Positions 12,032 through 22,466 of a stretch of 64,000 bases of DNA are shown in pieces (position 1 is the first letter of the stretch; each line of letters opens with the position of its first letter). The notes under the pieces are model-generated. The model had not been told where the DNA came from and ran no database searches. It saw only the letters and a list, made by a program, of their open reading frames with translations. A program made the translations under genes and the position numbers. Source of the DNA: Bdellovibrionales bacterium (GTDB lineage Bacteria; Bdellovibrionota; UBA1018; CAIMNF01); NCBI GenBank assembly GCA_040380025.1, contig JBEIJY010000006.1, forward strand, positions 37,608 to 101,607. Direction: 5' to 3'.

Positions 12032-14602
12032 TCACTTCACTCCGAGTTTTTCTTTCAAAAAGGGCGCGATCCGGCTCACTTTCGAGCGGGCAACCGCCTC
12101 GGGCGTTCCCTCGGCGACAATCCGGCCTCCCGCAGTGCCCCCCTCGGGGCCGATGTCGATCAGGTGGTCCGCCGAGCAGATGATGTCGAGGTTGTGCTCG
12201 ATCACGAGCACGGAGTTCCCCTGCTCCACCAGGCGATGGAGGATCACGAGGAGTTTCTTGATGTCGTCAAAATGAAGCCCGGTCGAAGGCTCATCGAGGA
12301 TGAACAGGGTTTTCCCGGTCGCACGGCGGGCGAGCTCCTTTGAGAGCTTGATCCGCTGGGCCTCTCCGCCCGAAAGCGTGGTGGCCGATTGGCCCAGCTT
12401 CAGGTACCCGAGTCCCACATCGCTCAAGACCGTGAGCTTGCTCCGGATCTGCGGGACCGGCTCGAAGAACGCAATCGCTTCATCGACCGACATCGCGAGC
12501 ACCTCGGCGATGCTCTTCCCCTTGTAGCGCACCTGAAGCGTGTCGGCGCGATAACGTGCGCCCTTGCAGGTCTCGCAGGTCACATAGGCGTCGGCAAGAA
12601 AGCTCATCGAGATTTTCCGCACGCCGTCGCCCTCGCAGTCGTCGCACCGCCCGCCCTTCACGTTGAACGAAAACCGGCCGGGCTTGAACCCGCGAAGGCG
12701 CGAATCCGGAAGACTCGAAAAAAGAGCACGAATTGGCCCGAAAATCCCAGTGTACGTGGCGGGATTCGAGCGCGGGGTTCGTCCGATCGGGGTCTGGTCG
12801 ATCTGGATCACCTTGTCGAGTTCTTTCAGGCCGGATGAAACCTTCGCGGTCATCTCGGGGATTTTGGACTTGTAAAAATGATGAAGGAGCAGCGGGTAAA
12901 GCGTATCGATCACAAGAGAACTCTTGCCGCTCCCCGAGACGCCGGTCACGCAGGTGAAAACCCCGAGCGGCAGTCGCACCGACAGGTCACGAAGGTTGTG
13001 GATATTCACATGCTCCAGCGCGAGCTCTTTTTGGGTATCCGGCTTGCGCCGCTCTTTCGGCGGAGTCACGAGGAGTTCGCCCGAGAGGTAGCGGGCGGTG
13101 ATGCTCTCCTTTGATTTCAACACCGATTCGGGCGAACCGGCCGCGATGATCCGTCCGCCAAGCACTCCCGCTCCCGGGCCCACATCGATCAGGTGATCGC
13201 TCGCGAGCATGGTTTCTTCGTCGTGCTCGACGACGATCACGGTGTTCCCGAGATCCCGGAGTCGCTTCAGGCTTCCGATCAGGAGTTGATTGTCGCGCGG
13301 ATGAAGCCCGATCGAAGGCTCATCGAGAATGTAGGTGATTCCCACAAGCGAGCTCCCGAGCTGGGAGGCAAGGCGGATGCGCTGGGATTCCCCGCCTGAA
13401 AGGGTGAAGAGCGGTCGGTCGAGCGAGAGGTAGCCGACCCCCACGCGGGTCAGGAACCCAACGCGAAGAAGCGTCTCGCGGATCAGGCCTCCGGCGATTT
13501 TTTGCTCGCGCTCTGTGAGGGAGATTCCGCCGAGGAATGGCTCGAGATTCTCGATGGGAAGCGCGCACGCTTCCGCGATGTTTTTTCCGGCGATCCGAAA
13601 GCTCAAGGACTCGCGCGAAAGACGGCTGCCCTTGCAGTCGCGGCAGGTCTCCTGGAACCGATACACGGGTTGTTCCTCGTCCTCGCCCTGATCCTCTTCT
13701 TCCTCGATCGAGTACGACTCGAAACCGATTCCGTCACAGCGTTTGCAGGCGCCGAGCGGGCTGTTGAACGAGAACACCCGGGGCTCGGGCGACGGAAGAT
13801 AAATGTCGCATCGACTGCAGGCGAAGTTCTGCGAGAGCGTGCGTTCGGTGGTTTTCTCGCCCTGGTGGTCGAGGATGGTCAGCAGTCCCTTCGAGAGCTT
13901 GAGGGCCAGCTCCACACTTTCGTGGATGCGGCTCTGGAGCGAGGCATCCTGTCGCTTCAGGATGATCCGGTCGATGACGACCTCGATGGTGTGCTTGATG
14001 TTCTTCCCGAGGGGAATCGGCTCGGAGAGGTCGACGATCTTGCCGTCCACCCGCGCCTTCGCGAACCCCTTTTGCCGGAGCGCTAGCAGCTCACGCTGAA
14101 ACTCCCCCTTTTTTTCGCGTGCGATCGGCGCGAGCAACGAGAGGCGTGCTCCTTCGGGGCGCGTCAGGATCAGATCGACAATCTGCCGGGTCGAAAGAGA
14201 TTCGATCGGGGCCGAGCAACCCGGACAAAATGCCTTCGAGACGCGTGAATACAGAACCCGCAGATGATCGTGGATCTCGGTTGTGGTTCCGACGGTCGAC
14301 CGCGGATTGTACGAGGTGGTTTTTTGAAGAATCGCGATCGTGGGCGAAAGCCCCCGGAGCTCATCGACGTCGGGTTTTTCGATCTGCTCGAGGAACTGTC
14401 GCGCATAGGTCGAAAAGGTCTCGACGTACCGGCGTTGCCCCTCGGCATGAATGGTGTCGAACGCGATCGAGGATTTTCCCGATCCCGACGGACCCGTGAT
14501 CACCGTGAAGGATCCGTGAGGAATTCCGACGGTGATGTTCTTCAAGTTATGGACGCGAGCGCCCTTGATGAGGATCTCAGTGTCCGGACCGGAATTCTCC
14601 AT
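12032..14602 (-). CDS. uvrA: Excinuclease ABC subunit A, lacking the insertion domain
   Basis: Two ABC ATPase modules (GPSGSGKSS, LSGGE, GVSGSGKSS) and zinc-finger CxxC pairs; about 856 aa. Confidence 0.96.
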   Translation of the reverse strand: MENSGPDTEILIKGARVHNLKNITVGIPHGSFTVITGPSGSGKSSIAFDTIHAEGQRRYVETFSTYARQFLEQIEKPDVDELRGLSPTIAILQKTTSYNPRSTVGTTTEIHDHLRVLYSRVSKAFCPGCSAPIESLSTRQIVDLILTRPEGARLSLLAPIAREKKGEFQRELLALRQKGFAKARVDGKIVDLSEPIPLGKNIKHTIEVVIDRIILKRQDASLQSRIHESVELALKLSKGLLTILDHQGEKTTERTLSQNFACSRCDIYLPSPEPRVFSFNSPLGACKRCDGIGFESYSIEEEEDQGEDEEQPVYRFQETCRDCKGSRLSRESLSFRIAGKNIAEACALPIENLEPFLGGISLTEREQKIAGGLIRETLLRVGFLTRVGVGYLSLDRPLFTLSGGESQRIRLASQLGSSLVGITYILDEPSIGLHPRDNQLLIGSLKRLRDLGNTVIVVEHDEETMLASDHLIDVGPGAGVLGGRIIAAGSPESVLKSKESITARYLSGELLVTPPKERRKPDTQKELALEHVNIHNLRDLSVRLPLGVFTCVTGVSGSGKSSLVIDTLYPLLLHHFYKSKIPEMTAKVSSGLKELDKVIQIDQTPIGRTPRSNPATYTGIFGPIRALFSSLPDSRLRGFKPGRFSFNVKGGRCDDCEGDGVRKISMSFLADAYVTCETCKGARYRADTLQVRYKGKSIAEVLAMSVDEAIAFFEPVPQIRSKLTVLSDVGLGYLKLGQSATTLSGGEAQRIKLSKELARRATGKTLFILDEPSTGLHFDDIKKLLVILHRLVEQGNSVLVIEHNLDIICSADHLIDIGPEGGTAGGRIVAEGTPEAVARSKVSRIAPFLKEKLGVK

Positions 14603-15968
14603 GACCAAGCTTTCTTGCCGCCTGAGCCAGGGCGGAATCGAATTTCGAGCGAATTCGTTCTAACATTTCGGCAGTTTGCGCCTCAAAGCGCATGACAATG
14701 ACCGGTTGGGTGTTCGAGGCACGGATGAGCCCCCAGTGATCGGGATAATCCACACGAAGTCCGTCGATCGTGGTGAGCTTCGCCTTCGGGTCGGCCAGAA
14801 GCTTCGCCGCTTCTTCGATCAGCGCGAACTTCTTGTCCTCCTCGCAGTCGATGCGGATCTCGGGAGTATTCACCACCGGAGGAAGATCCGCGATGAGAGT
14901 AGCCAGCGCCTCACCGCGCGAGACGATCTCGTACAAGCGGGCGGAGGAATAAATCGCATCGTCGAATCCGAACCAGCGATCGGCGAAAAAGATGTGCCCG
15001 GACATCTCTCCGGCGAGCTTCGCTCCCGTTTCTTTCATTTTCGACTTGATCAGCGAGTGGCCTGTTTTCCACATGATGCCATTCCCGCCGTTTTTCTCGA
15101 TGTCCTGGAACAAGCGCAGGCTCGATTTCACCTCAGAGATCACGGTGGCTCCCGGGTGGTGCTTCAGCACCTCGCGCGAAAAGATCACCATCAGTTCATC
15201 GCCGTAGATGACTCTTCCTGCCGAATCGACCGCACCGATCCGGTCGGAGTCGCCATCATAGCCAACCCCGAAGTCGGCCCCGTGGGCCCGCACCTGCTCG
15301 ATCAGGGTCTTCAGGTTCGCAGGAACGGTCGGATCGGGATGATGATTCGGGAATCTTCCGTCGAGCTCGCAGTACAAGGGGATCACCTCGGCGCCGATTT
15401 GGTGAAAAAGCTCGGGAGCCACATTCGATGCGGTTCCATTCCCCGCATCGAGCACGACTTTGAGTTTACGCGCTGGCTTGATCTGGCCGCTCACGTGGCG
15501 GATGTACTCGGGAATGATCGAGCGTTGTTCGAGCGATCCTTCGGGCCGCGGGGAGAACCGGCCTTCGAGCATCACGCGCTTCAGTTCCTGGATCTGTTCC
15601 CCGTGGAGCGTGTCTTTGCCGATTCCGATTTTGAACCCGTTGTATTCGGCGGGGTTGTGCGAACCCGTGATCATGATTGCACCATCGAGTCCGTAATGAT
15701 GAACCGAGAAATAAGTGAGCGGAGTCGGGCAGACGCCGATCTCGATCACATCGACGCCACCTTTGCGGAGTCCCGAGATCAGGGCCTCCGAATACTCATC
15801 GCTTGTGAGGCGGCAATCGCGGCCGACCGAAACGCGAAGGCGTGCCGCTCCGGTGCGGCGGTACGCCCATTCGGCATAGGTCAGGCCCAGGTTTTTTGCA
15901 AACTCCGCAGTCAGGTCCTTGCCTGCGATTCCGCGGATGTCATACTCGCGAAAAATGGATGGATTCAT
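14577..15968 (-). CDS. Phosphomannomutase/phosphoglucomutase (AlgC-like)
   Basis: Starts MNPSIFREYDIRG; TGSHNP, DGDSDR and GEMSGH motifs. Confidence 0.95.
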   Translation of the reverse strand: MNPSIFREYDIRGIAGKDLTAEFAKNLGLTYAEWAYRRTGAARLRVSVGRDCRLTSDEYSEALISGLRKGGVDVIEIGVCPTPLTYFSVHHYGLDGAIMITGSHNPAEYNGFKIGIGKDTLHGEQIQELKRVMLEGRFSPRPEGSLEQRSIIPEYIRHVSGQIKPARKLKVVLDAGNGTASNVAPELFHQIGAEVIPLYCELDGRFPNHHPDPTVPANLKTLIEQVRAHGADFGVGYDGDSDRIGAVDSAGRVIYGDELMVIFSREVLKHHPGATVISEVKSSLRLFQDIEKNGGNGIMWKTGHSLIKSKMKETGAKLAGEMSGHIFFADRWFGFDDAIYSSARLYEIVSRGEALATLIADLPPVVNTPEIRIDCEEDKKFALIEEAAKLLADPKAKLTTIDGLRVDYPDHWGLIRASNTQPVIVMRFEAQTAEMLERIRSKFDSALAQAARKLGHGEFRSGH

Positions 15969-16909
15969 GAGGTTCTCCTTTTTTTGATGAGTCCGAGCGC
16001 GTTCCGGATCGCATAGCGCATGCTTCCGGAGTCGGCCTTGTTTTTTCCTGCGATGTCGAACGCCGTTCCGTGGTCGACCGAGGTCCGCACGAACGGGAGT
16101 CCGAGAGTCATGTTCATGCTCTCGCTGAAGTTGCTGAGCTTCACGGGAATGAGCCCTTGATCGTGATAGAGCGCGAGAATCAGATGGTGCCGGGATTTCG
16201 CAGGTCGTGCCGCTTCGATCGCAAAAAACGAGTCGGCCGGATGCGGCCCGGTAAGCGTGACCGCCGGAAGCGTCTTTCCGATCGCCTGCAATGCCGGCAC
16301 GATCACCTTCGACTCCTCTTTGCCGAGGATCCCGCCCTCCCCCGCATGGGGGTTCAGCGCGAGCACCGCGATCCGAGGATTCTTCACGCCGAGCATGCCG
16401 GTCAGGAAGTCCGAAGAATTGCGGATGGCGACCTCGAGAGACTTGCGATGGATCTTCGCGCTCACCTCGGATAACGGACAATGATTGGTCACCAGCGCCA
16501 CGCGGAACAGATCGTTCGCGAGCATCATGGTCACGGGCTTTGCGCGCGAGAGATGGGCCAAAAAATCGGTGTGTCCGTGGAAGGGAAATCCGGCGCCCTG
16601 CAGGCGCTCCTTGCTGATCGGACCGGTCACGAGCACACGCGAGGCGGGTGCGGCGAGCACCATTTGCGTTGCCGTCTCGATGGACCAGCCGGACTGGTAC
16701 CCCGGGCTCGATCGTTCGGGCGGTTCGAAAAAGTCATGATCGATGCCCTTCAGATGCTTTTGGAGTTTCCGGAAGGGAGCGCGCGAACCCACGATGAGGG
16801 TGTGAACTCCCTGCAACTCGGATCGCAAGGAATCGAGCGCTTTTGCGGTGACCTCAGGGCCGATTCCCTCGGGGTCTCCCGGAGTGATGACGAGTTCGAA
16901 GGGTTTCAT
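15965..16909 (-). CDS. pdxA: 4-hydroxythreonine-4-phosphate dehydrogenase
   Basis: GDPEGIGPE, NPHAGE, YHDQG and RTSVDHGTA motifs. Confidence 0.95.
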   Translation of the reverse strand: MKPFELVITPGDPEGIGPEVTAKALDSLRSELQGVHTLIVGSRAPFRKLQKHLKGIDHDFFEPPERSSPGYQSGWSIETATQMVLAAPASRVLVTGPISKERLQGAGFPFHGHTDFLAHLSRAKPVTMMLANDLFRVALVTNHCPLSEVSAKIHRKSLEVAIRNSSDFLTGMLGVKNPRIAVLALNPHAGEGGILGKEESKVIVPALQAIGKTLPAVTLTGPHPADSFFAIEAARPAKSRHHLILALYHDQGLIPVKLSNFSESMNMTLGLPFVRTSVDHGTAFDIAGKNKADSGSMRYAIRNALGLIKKRRTS

Positions 16910-17868
16910 GGCGAGCGTTGGTTCACTTTCACGTAGTTGAGGGCGCGCTCGCGGTCGAGCCAGAGGCGGACCTGATGGCGGAACTCCCCTTCCATGAGGC
17001 GGGCGCGGATCGAATCTTTTTCGCGTTCGAAGGCCGAGTCGGTGTCGAACTTGATGTCCCCCACGCGCACGATCAGAAAGGATTTTTTGTCTTCGATGAT
17101 TTCGCTCGTTTTTTCGGGCCCGAGCCGGCGGACCTCGGCCTGGATCTCGGGGCTCATCTCGTTGTAAGCAAGGTGGCCGAGATCCCCCCCGAACTCCTGG
17201 CTCGGATCCTCACTCAGGCGTTTGGCGACCTCTTCGAACGCCTCGCCCTTTTTCAGGGCTTCGAGTGCCTGCCCGGCCTCTTCGCGGGCGGCGACGGAGG
17301 TCTTATAGTTCGCTTTCGAGATCCGGATCAAAAACAGACGGAACGAACCGCCGAAGGACTTCGAGCCCGAATGGGCGCGATTGTATTCGGCACGGAGGTC
17401 GTCATCGGAGACTGCGGTTTTGTTCCGGATCTCGCGATCGATCAGGTTCCGCTTCGCGATCGAGATTCGCATCAGTCGAAAGTACTCCTCGAACCGGAAC
17501 CCCTCCCGACCCACGGCGCTCTTCAGCGCTTCGCGATCGATCTTGAGATTGGCCTGGATGGTGTTGATCTCCTGTTCCACCTCGGCATCAGCGACCGGGA
17601 ATTTGTCGATCACCAGAGCCTCGTCGATCAGATAGTTCAGCACGTCTTCATTGGTGGGATTTGCTTTTCGTCCGATGGGCTCGTTCACAAAAAGCGGGTC
17701 GATCTTGGCACGAAGGGGAATGAGTGAGCGGAATCGTTCGAAGTCCGAGAAGAAAATAGGGCGCTTGTTCACGATCGCCTCGACCCGATCCACAAGGACG
17801 GCATCGACGGAGATCGCAAAGGCGCCCGAAAAGAGGGTCAGAAGCAACGCGGCTCGTAGGTTCATCAC
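16906..17868 (-). CDS. surA: SurA-family periplasmic chaperone/PPIase
   Basis: Signal peptide, VDRVEAIVN N-domain, one parvulin domain (SEDPS...GGDLG), located upstream of pdxA. Confidence 0.8.
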   Translation of the reverse strand: MMNLRAALLLTLFSGAFAISVDAVLVDRVEAIVNKRPIFFSDFERFRSLIPLRAKIDPLFVNEPIGRKANPTNEDVLNYLIDEALVIDKFPVADAEVEQEINTIQANLKIDREALKSAVGREGFRFEEYFRLMRISIAKRNLIDREIRNKTAVSDDDLRAEYNRAHSGSKSFGGSFRLFLIRISKANYKTSVAAREEAGQALEALKKGEAFEEVAKRLSEDPSQEFGGDLGHLAYNEMSPEIQAEVRRLGPEKTSEIIEDKKSFLIVRVGDIKFDTDSAFEREKDSIRARLMEGEFRHQVRLWLDRERALNYVKVNQRSP

Positions 17869-17925
17869 TCCGAAGATTTCTCACAAATCCGGAGTGATTC
17901 CAACGGGAAACGCGCCGGTGTCGGC

Positions 17926-18747
17926 CTAATCGCGAAGGGCTTTCTCGTTGATCGAAACCCGCGCCTTTTCACGCAAACCATTGAGCACGCGATTCACCAG
18001 CTCCTGGCGGCGGTCGTCGAGAATGAGTGCCTTCACCTTATTGCGGTCTGTATGAATCCATTCCTGCTTCCCGGTCAGGCGAATCAGGTGTAGGCCGAAC
18101 GGGGTCTTCACCGGCCCTGCGATGTCGCCGATCTTTCCGATCTTGAGAAGCGCCCTGTAATAAGTCGGATCCAAGCGATCTTTCATGCGGTAATCGAGGT
18201 CCCCCCCGAGGGCCGCACTCGGGTCTTCCGAGAAGCGCTGGGCCGCCTCGGCGAACGAATATTTGCCCGCCTTGATTTCGCCCAAAATCTCGGTCAGGCG
18301 CTTGGAAGCGCCGGCTTCTTCTTCGGGCTTGGTGTCGGGAGGAAGGGCGATGAAGATATGGCTCGACCGCACCTCGGGGTTCTTCTGATACCAGTTCCGG
18401 GCCTCAGCCTCGGAGAGGGTCATTTTTTCGAACTCACTCCCGATCTTTTTTTCGATCAGATAGGTGTACAGGGCATTGTTCATGCGCTCGATCGCGACCG
18501 GATCCTGATCGAGCTTGGTTCGCTTCGCCTCCTGGATCGCCACTTCGCGTTTGATGAGATCGTCGAGAACCTGCTTTCGCGAGGGAGGAAGAAGCGGATT
18601 CATTCGGGTCGCCTCGGCGACCTTCGATTTCACCTCTTCGATGGTGATCACCTTCTCGTTCACGCGGGCGACTTCCACGCCTGCGTTCGCGGAATTCAGA
18701 AACAACGTCACTCCGGCCAGGATCAACTGCAGGAACGGTTTGCTCAT
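17926..18747 (-). CDS. PpiC/parvulin-type peptidyl-prolyl isomerase, secreted
   Basis: Signal peptide; HIF...FSEDP...GGDL...PVKTPFGLHLI motif. Confidence 0.88.
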   Translation of the reverse strand: MSKPFLQLILAGVTLFLNSANAGVEVARVNEKVITIEEVKSKVAEATRMNPLLPPSRKQVLDDLIKREVAIQEAKRTKLDQDPVAIERMNNALYTYLIEKKIGSEFEKMTLSEAEARNWYQKNPEVRSSHIFIALPPDTKPEEEAGASKRLTEILGEIKAGKYSFAEAAQRFSEDPSAALGGDLDYRMKDRLDPTYYRALLKIGKIGDIAGPVKTPFGLHLIRLTGKQEWIHTDRNKVKALILDDRRQELVNRVLNGLREKARVSINEKALRD

Positions 18748-18756
18748 GAAAAAAGT

Positions 18757-21700
18757 TTAACAGCCCGATCCGGCGTTTTCAAATGCTTTGGGCGCTATTT
18801 TTCGGAGAAGTTTTTCGAGTTCAAAAAAATGACTCTTCAGATCGACGAAGGGAATGTGGAACAGCACGCGCGACTCGGGTGTGAGGCGCACCCGCGGGTC
18901 ACGAACCGATTTCGGCCCCGCATGGAGCTTCATCACCTCATCGATTTCGACAGGTGAGGTTTTTCTGACACCCATCGAGGTGAGGGATTCGTTGACCGAG
19001 AGCGACTCGATGCCCGTCTTTCTGAGGAGGTTCTTCAGGCGGATCAGTGAGAAAAGGTTTTCGGTTTCGTGCGGAAGCTCGCCGAAGCGGTCAAGAAACT
19101 CGGCACGGAGTCCGTCGATTCTCGCGTCGGAATCGGCCATGGAAATTTTTCGATAGAGCGAAAGGCGGAGCTTCGGATCGGGAACCAGGTCGGTGCCGAT
19201 CGCGCACTCGACCGGGACGCGGATCTCGGGCTCGAAATGCCGTTCTTCGACGTCGATTTTTTTGCCCTTCAGCTCGGCGATCGCCTCTTCGAGAAGTTCC
19301 GTGAAGAGATCCAGCCCGACCGAGGCAATGTGCCCGGATTGTTCGCCGCCGAGCAGGTTCCCGCCCCCGCGAATCTCGAGGTCATGGCTTGCCACCTGGA
19401 ATCCGCTCCCGAGCTCGACGAATCGCTGGAGCACGTCGAGCCGCATTCGTGCCTCGGGGGTCAGAGCGCGTTCTTCTTCGGTCAGAAGATATGCGAAGGA
19501 CTTGCGATGGCTCCGGCCCACCCTGCCCCGGATCTGATAGAGCTGCGCGAGACCCAGGCGGTCGGCGCGGTGGATGAGGATCGTGCCCGCGTTCGGCACG
19601 TCGATCCCGGATTCGATGATCGTCGTGCAGACCAGGATGTTCGCGTGTCCTTGGTAGAACTCGATCATTTTCGATTCGATTTCGGCTTCGGACATCTGTC
19701 CGTGAGCAACGAGGATGCGCGCATGGGGCACGAGCTTCCGGATTTCTTCGGCCCGGTGGTGGATCGTCTCGACACGGTTGTATAAATAGAACACCTGGCC
19801 GCCGCGGGAGAGTTCGGTCTCGATCGCGGTCTTGACGAGCTCGGGTGAGTATCCCGATACGAAGGTCTTGATGGGTTGCCGGTTGGTGGGCGGGGTCTTG
19901 ATCACGCTGATGTCCTTCAGTCCCGAAATGGCGAGATTCAGGGTTCGCGGGATCGGCGTCGCCGTCAGGGTCAGGGTGTGGGTATCGGCCTGGAGAGCTT
20001 TGATTTTTTCTTTGTGTTCGACGCCAAAACGATGCTCTTCGTCGATGATCAGGAGCCCGAGGCGGTTCCAGCCCACATCCTTCGAAAGAAGCCGGTGGGT
20101 ACCGATCAGAATGTCGACCTTGCCGTCGCGCAGATCGCGAAGGGTCTCGGATTGCATCTTCCGGGTCTTGAACCGCGAAATCGATTCGATCCGGATCGGG
20201 AAATCCCGCATGCGCCGGCGGAAGGTCTGTTCGTGCTGGAATGCGAGGAGTGTGGTGGGAACGAGCACGGCCACCTGATACCCGCTTTGCACGGCCTGGA
20301 AGGCGGCACGCATCGCGACCTCGGTTTTTCCGAAGCCCACATCGCCGCATACGAGGCGGTCAAGGAGCTTTCCGGTTTCGAGATCCGAAAGGACATCCTG
20401 GGTGGCGCGCAACTGGCCCTCGGTCTCGGTGAATTCGAACCGGTCGCAGAACTCGAAGTACGAGTCGCTCCGCGTGTCGAATTGCGGCCCCTTCAGGAGG
20501 GCCCGTTTCGCGTGCAGTTCGATCAGATTGATGGCGAGCTTCTTGGCCGAATCCCTCGCCCGCTGCTTCGCTTTTTCGAAGAGTCCTGATCCAAGCTTAT
20601 CGAGCGGCGCCCCCTGGCCTGGGTTGATGTAGCGCTGGATCGTGTTCAGCCGGTATACCGGCAGATAAAGCTTGTCCCCGCCTGAGTACTCGATCAGCAG
20701 GTACTCGCCCGAACCGCTATTTCCCGAGGGGAGAGCCTTGAGTCCCGTATAGCGGCCCACTCCATGAAGGGCGTGGACGATCAGGTCTCCCGGAGACAGG
20801 TCGGAAGCGTTCTGAAACACCGCGGTCTCGTCCGGTTCGAACTTCGGGTGAAGCGGCGTGGATGCTTTGGAGGCACCGCCGAACACACCGAAGAACAGAC
20901 TCTCCGAGAGAATCATGTGCTTGTGGGTCAAGAACTCGATCGACTCGCCGGGATCGCCCGAAAGAAGCCGGAGGCCGGGAGCCCGCGCGAGGTCCTTCAG
21001 AAGAAACCGCAATCGATCCTGATGGCTCGTTCCCCGGGTACCGATCCAGATCTCAAACCCGTCGTCGAGCCATTCCCGAATCTCTTTTTCGCCGATCCGT
21101 CGGTTCTCGATCCGTTCGAAGGCGACCGGCACCCGGGCAGAGGCAGATTCGGTTGCCGAGCGCACCACGGCCGTCGCCCGTTTGAGCGCCCGATCAAGGC
21201 AGTCCTCTAGGCCGGGATACAGGGTTTCGGGATCCGGGGTGATCCAGTAGGGATTCGGGTATCGCTCGAGATCGGTCTTGATCTCGATTTTTTTGTCGGC
21301 AAGCGCGATCTTTTGCTGTTCGGGCTCGAAGAACACCATCCGGACGGTTTCGGGCAGGTGGTGCTCGAGTCTTCCGTCCGAGTCGTACACGAAGGGAAAC
21401 CAGGTGCGGTAATGCTCCGGAAGAAATCCGCTCCGGATGGTCTCAAAAATCGGATCGCGGATTTTGCGCGGAATTTGCCGGTGGTCGCAGTATTCCTTGA
21501 TGCGTTCGAGGGTTTCTTCGAGGCGATCCCACGGAAACAGCACCTCTTCGGCCGGCCGGATTCGGAGGTGCCCCGCACTCAGTCCGAATTTGTCCGTCAG
21601 TTGCGTGCCCGGATGAAACGTCCGGATGGTCTCGGGAACCGTATCGAAAAAACTGATCCGGAACGGACGCTCGTGGGCGGGGTCGAAGAGATCCAGGATC

Positions 21701-22203
21701 TCGCCCCGGAGTGCGAATTGTCCGGGCTCCTCGACCAGGTCGGTTTGCTGGTAGCCGGAAGCACGGAGCGTGCGGCGGAGATCCTCGCGGGACCCGGCAT
21801 CGCGGTCGACTTCGAGGAGGATTCCTCGCCTGGTATACGCGTCCGGAGGGATGGTTGGCTGGCACCACGATTCGGTCGTTGCGAGGAGGATTACCGAAGC
21901 GTTCCGTTCCGCGAGAAGAGAGAGCGCGTGAAGGCGGTCGATTCGCTGGGTGATCGAGGAGGAGATCGGTGAGTACGGGGACTGCTCCCAGGCGACCCAG
22001 CGGGCAAGCTCGATTCGGGTGCCCCGGGCGGCGTGTTCGGCCTCGATCAGGCTTTCGAGCGCCGAAGAAATGTTCTCCATCATTCCGGACTCCGGAAAGC
22101 AAAGCATTTGAATCGAACCCGGACGGGTGGATGCGTGCTTCAGGACCTCGAACGCTTGGGCAAGCGGAGAGGAGAATTTTATCTCTTCGGGGCCGGGGGC
22201 CAT
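18757..22203 (-). CDS. mfd: Transcription-repair coupling factor
   Basis: GDVGFGKTE, DEEHRFG, TATPIPRT, QIRGRVGR and the TRCF C-terminal domain. Confidence 0.97.
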   Translation of the reverse strand: MAPGPEEIKFSSPLAQAFEVLKHASTRPGSIQMLCFPESGMMENISSALESLIEAEHAARGTRIELARWVAWEQSPYSPISSSITQRIDRLHALSLLAERNASVILLATTESWCQPTIPPDAYTRRGILLEVDRDAGSREDLRRTLRASGYQQTDLVEEPGQFALRGEILDLFDPAHERPFRISFFDTVPETIRTFHPGTQLTDKFGLSAGHLRIRPAEEVLFPWDRLEETLERIKEYCDHRQIPRKIRDPIFETIRSGFLPEHYRTWFPFVYDSDGRLEHHLPETVRMVFFEPEQQKIALADKKIEIKTDLERYPNPYWITPDPETLYPGLEDCLDRALKRATAVVRSATESASARVPVAFERIENRRIGEKEIREWLDDGFEIWIGTRGTSHQDRLRFLLKDLARAPGLRLLSGDPGESIEFLTHKHMILSESLFFGVFGGASKASTPLHPKFEPDETAVFQNASDLSPGDLIVHALHGVGRYTGLKALPSGNSGSGEYLLIEYSGGDKLYLPVYRLNTIQRYINPGQGAPLDKLGSGLFEKAKQRARDSAKKLAINLIELHAKRALLKGPQFDTRSDSYFEFCDRFEFTETEGQLRATQDVLSDLETGKLLDRLVCGDVGFGKTEVAMRAAFQAVQSGYQVAVLVPTTLLAFQHEQTFRRRMRDFPIRIESISRFKTRKMQSETLRDLRDGKVDILIGTHRLLSKDVGWNRLGLLIIDEEHRFGVEHKEKIKALQADTHTLTLTATPIPRTLNLAISGLKDISVIKTPPTNRQPIKTFVSGYSPELVKTAIETELSRGGQVFYLYNRVETIHHRAEEIRKLVPHARILVAHGQMSEAEIESKMIEFYQGHANILVCTTIIESGIDVPNAGTILIHRADRLGLAQLYQIRGRVGRSHRKSFAYLLTEEERALTPEARMRLDVLQRFVELGSGFQVASHDLEIRGGGNLLGGEQSGHIASVGLDLFTELLEEAIAELKGKKIDVEERHFEPEIRVPVECAIGTDLVPDPKLRLSLYRKISMADSDARIDGLRAEFLDRFGELPHETENLFSLIRLKNLLRKTGIESLSVNESLTSMGVRKTSPVEIDEVMKLHAGPKSVRDPRVRLTPESRVLFHIPFVDLKSHFFELEKLLRKIAPKAFENAGSGC

Positions 22204-22241
22204 TGACTCACCCTTTCTTTATCAAGTACCTTCTGCAACAG

Positions 22242-22466
22242 ATGGATCGGAAACGAATTTTGCCTTTTGAGCTCAAAACAACCCAGTTCACCCAAGCGGT
22301 GAATAATCTGTGGGTTGCCTTGCTCGTGGTGCTCCCCGTGTTTGTGGGGGAGCGGGTCCGGTCCTTGCCGTATTTAATCGCGATTCTTCCGATGATGATA
22401 GTGTTTTTGTCATTCTTTCTGACCACACGGAACTCAATCAGGAAGGATGAGAATGACGGGATTTAG
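22242..22466 (+). CDS. Small two-TM protein, possibly a NuoA remnant
   Basis: Two hydrophobic segments, overlaps the start of the NuoB-like gene. The call rests on position only. Confidence 0.35.
   Translation: MDRKRILPFELKTTQFTQAVNNLWVALLVVLPVFVGERVRSLPYLIAILPMMIVFLSFFLTTRNSIRKDENDGI

Noticed and set aside
15969..16481. 170-aa N-terminal extension of the phosphomannomutase ORF
   Set aside because: It overlaps pdxA in another frame, and the family N-terminus begins at 15968.
22208..22426. 72-aa minus-strand ORF upstream of mfd
   Set aside because: No recognisable features; the plus-strand two-TM frame or a regulatory role is more plausible.
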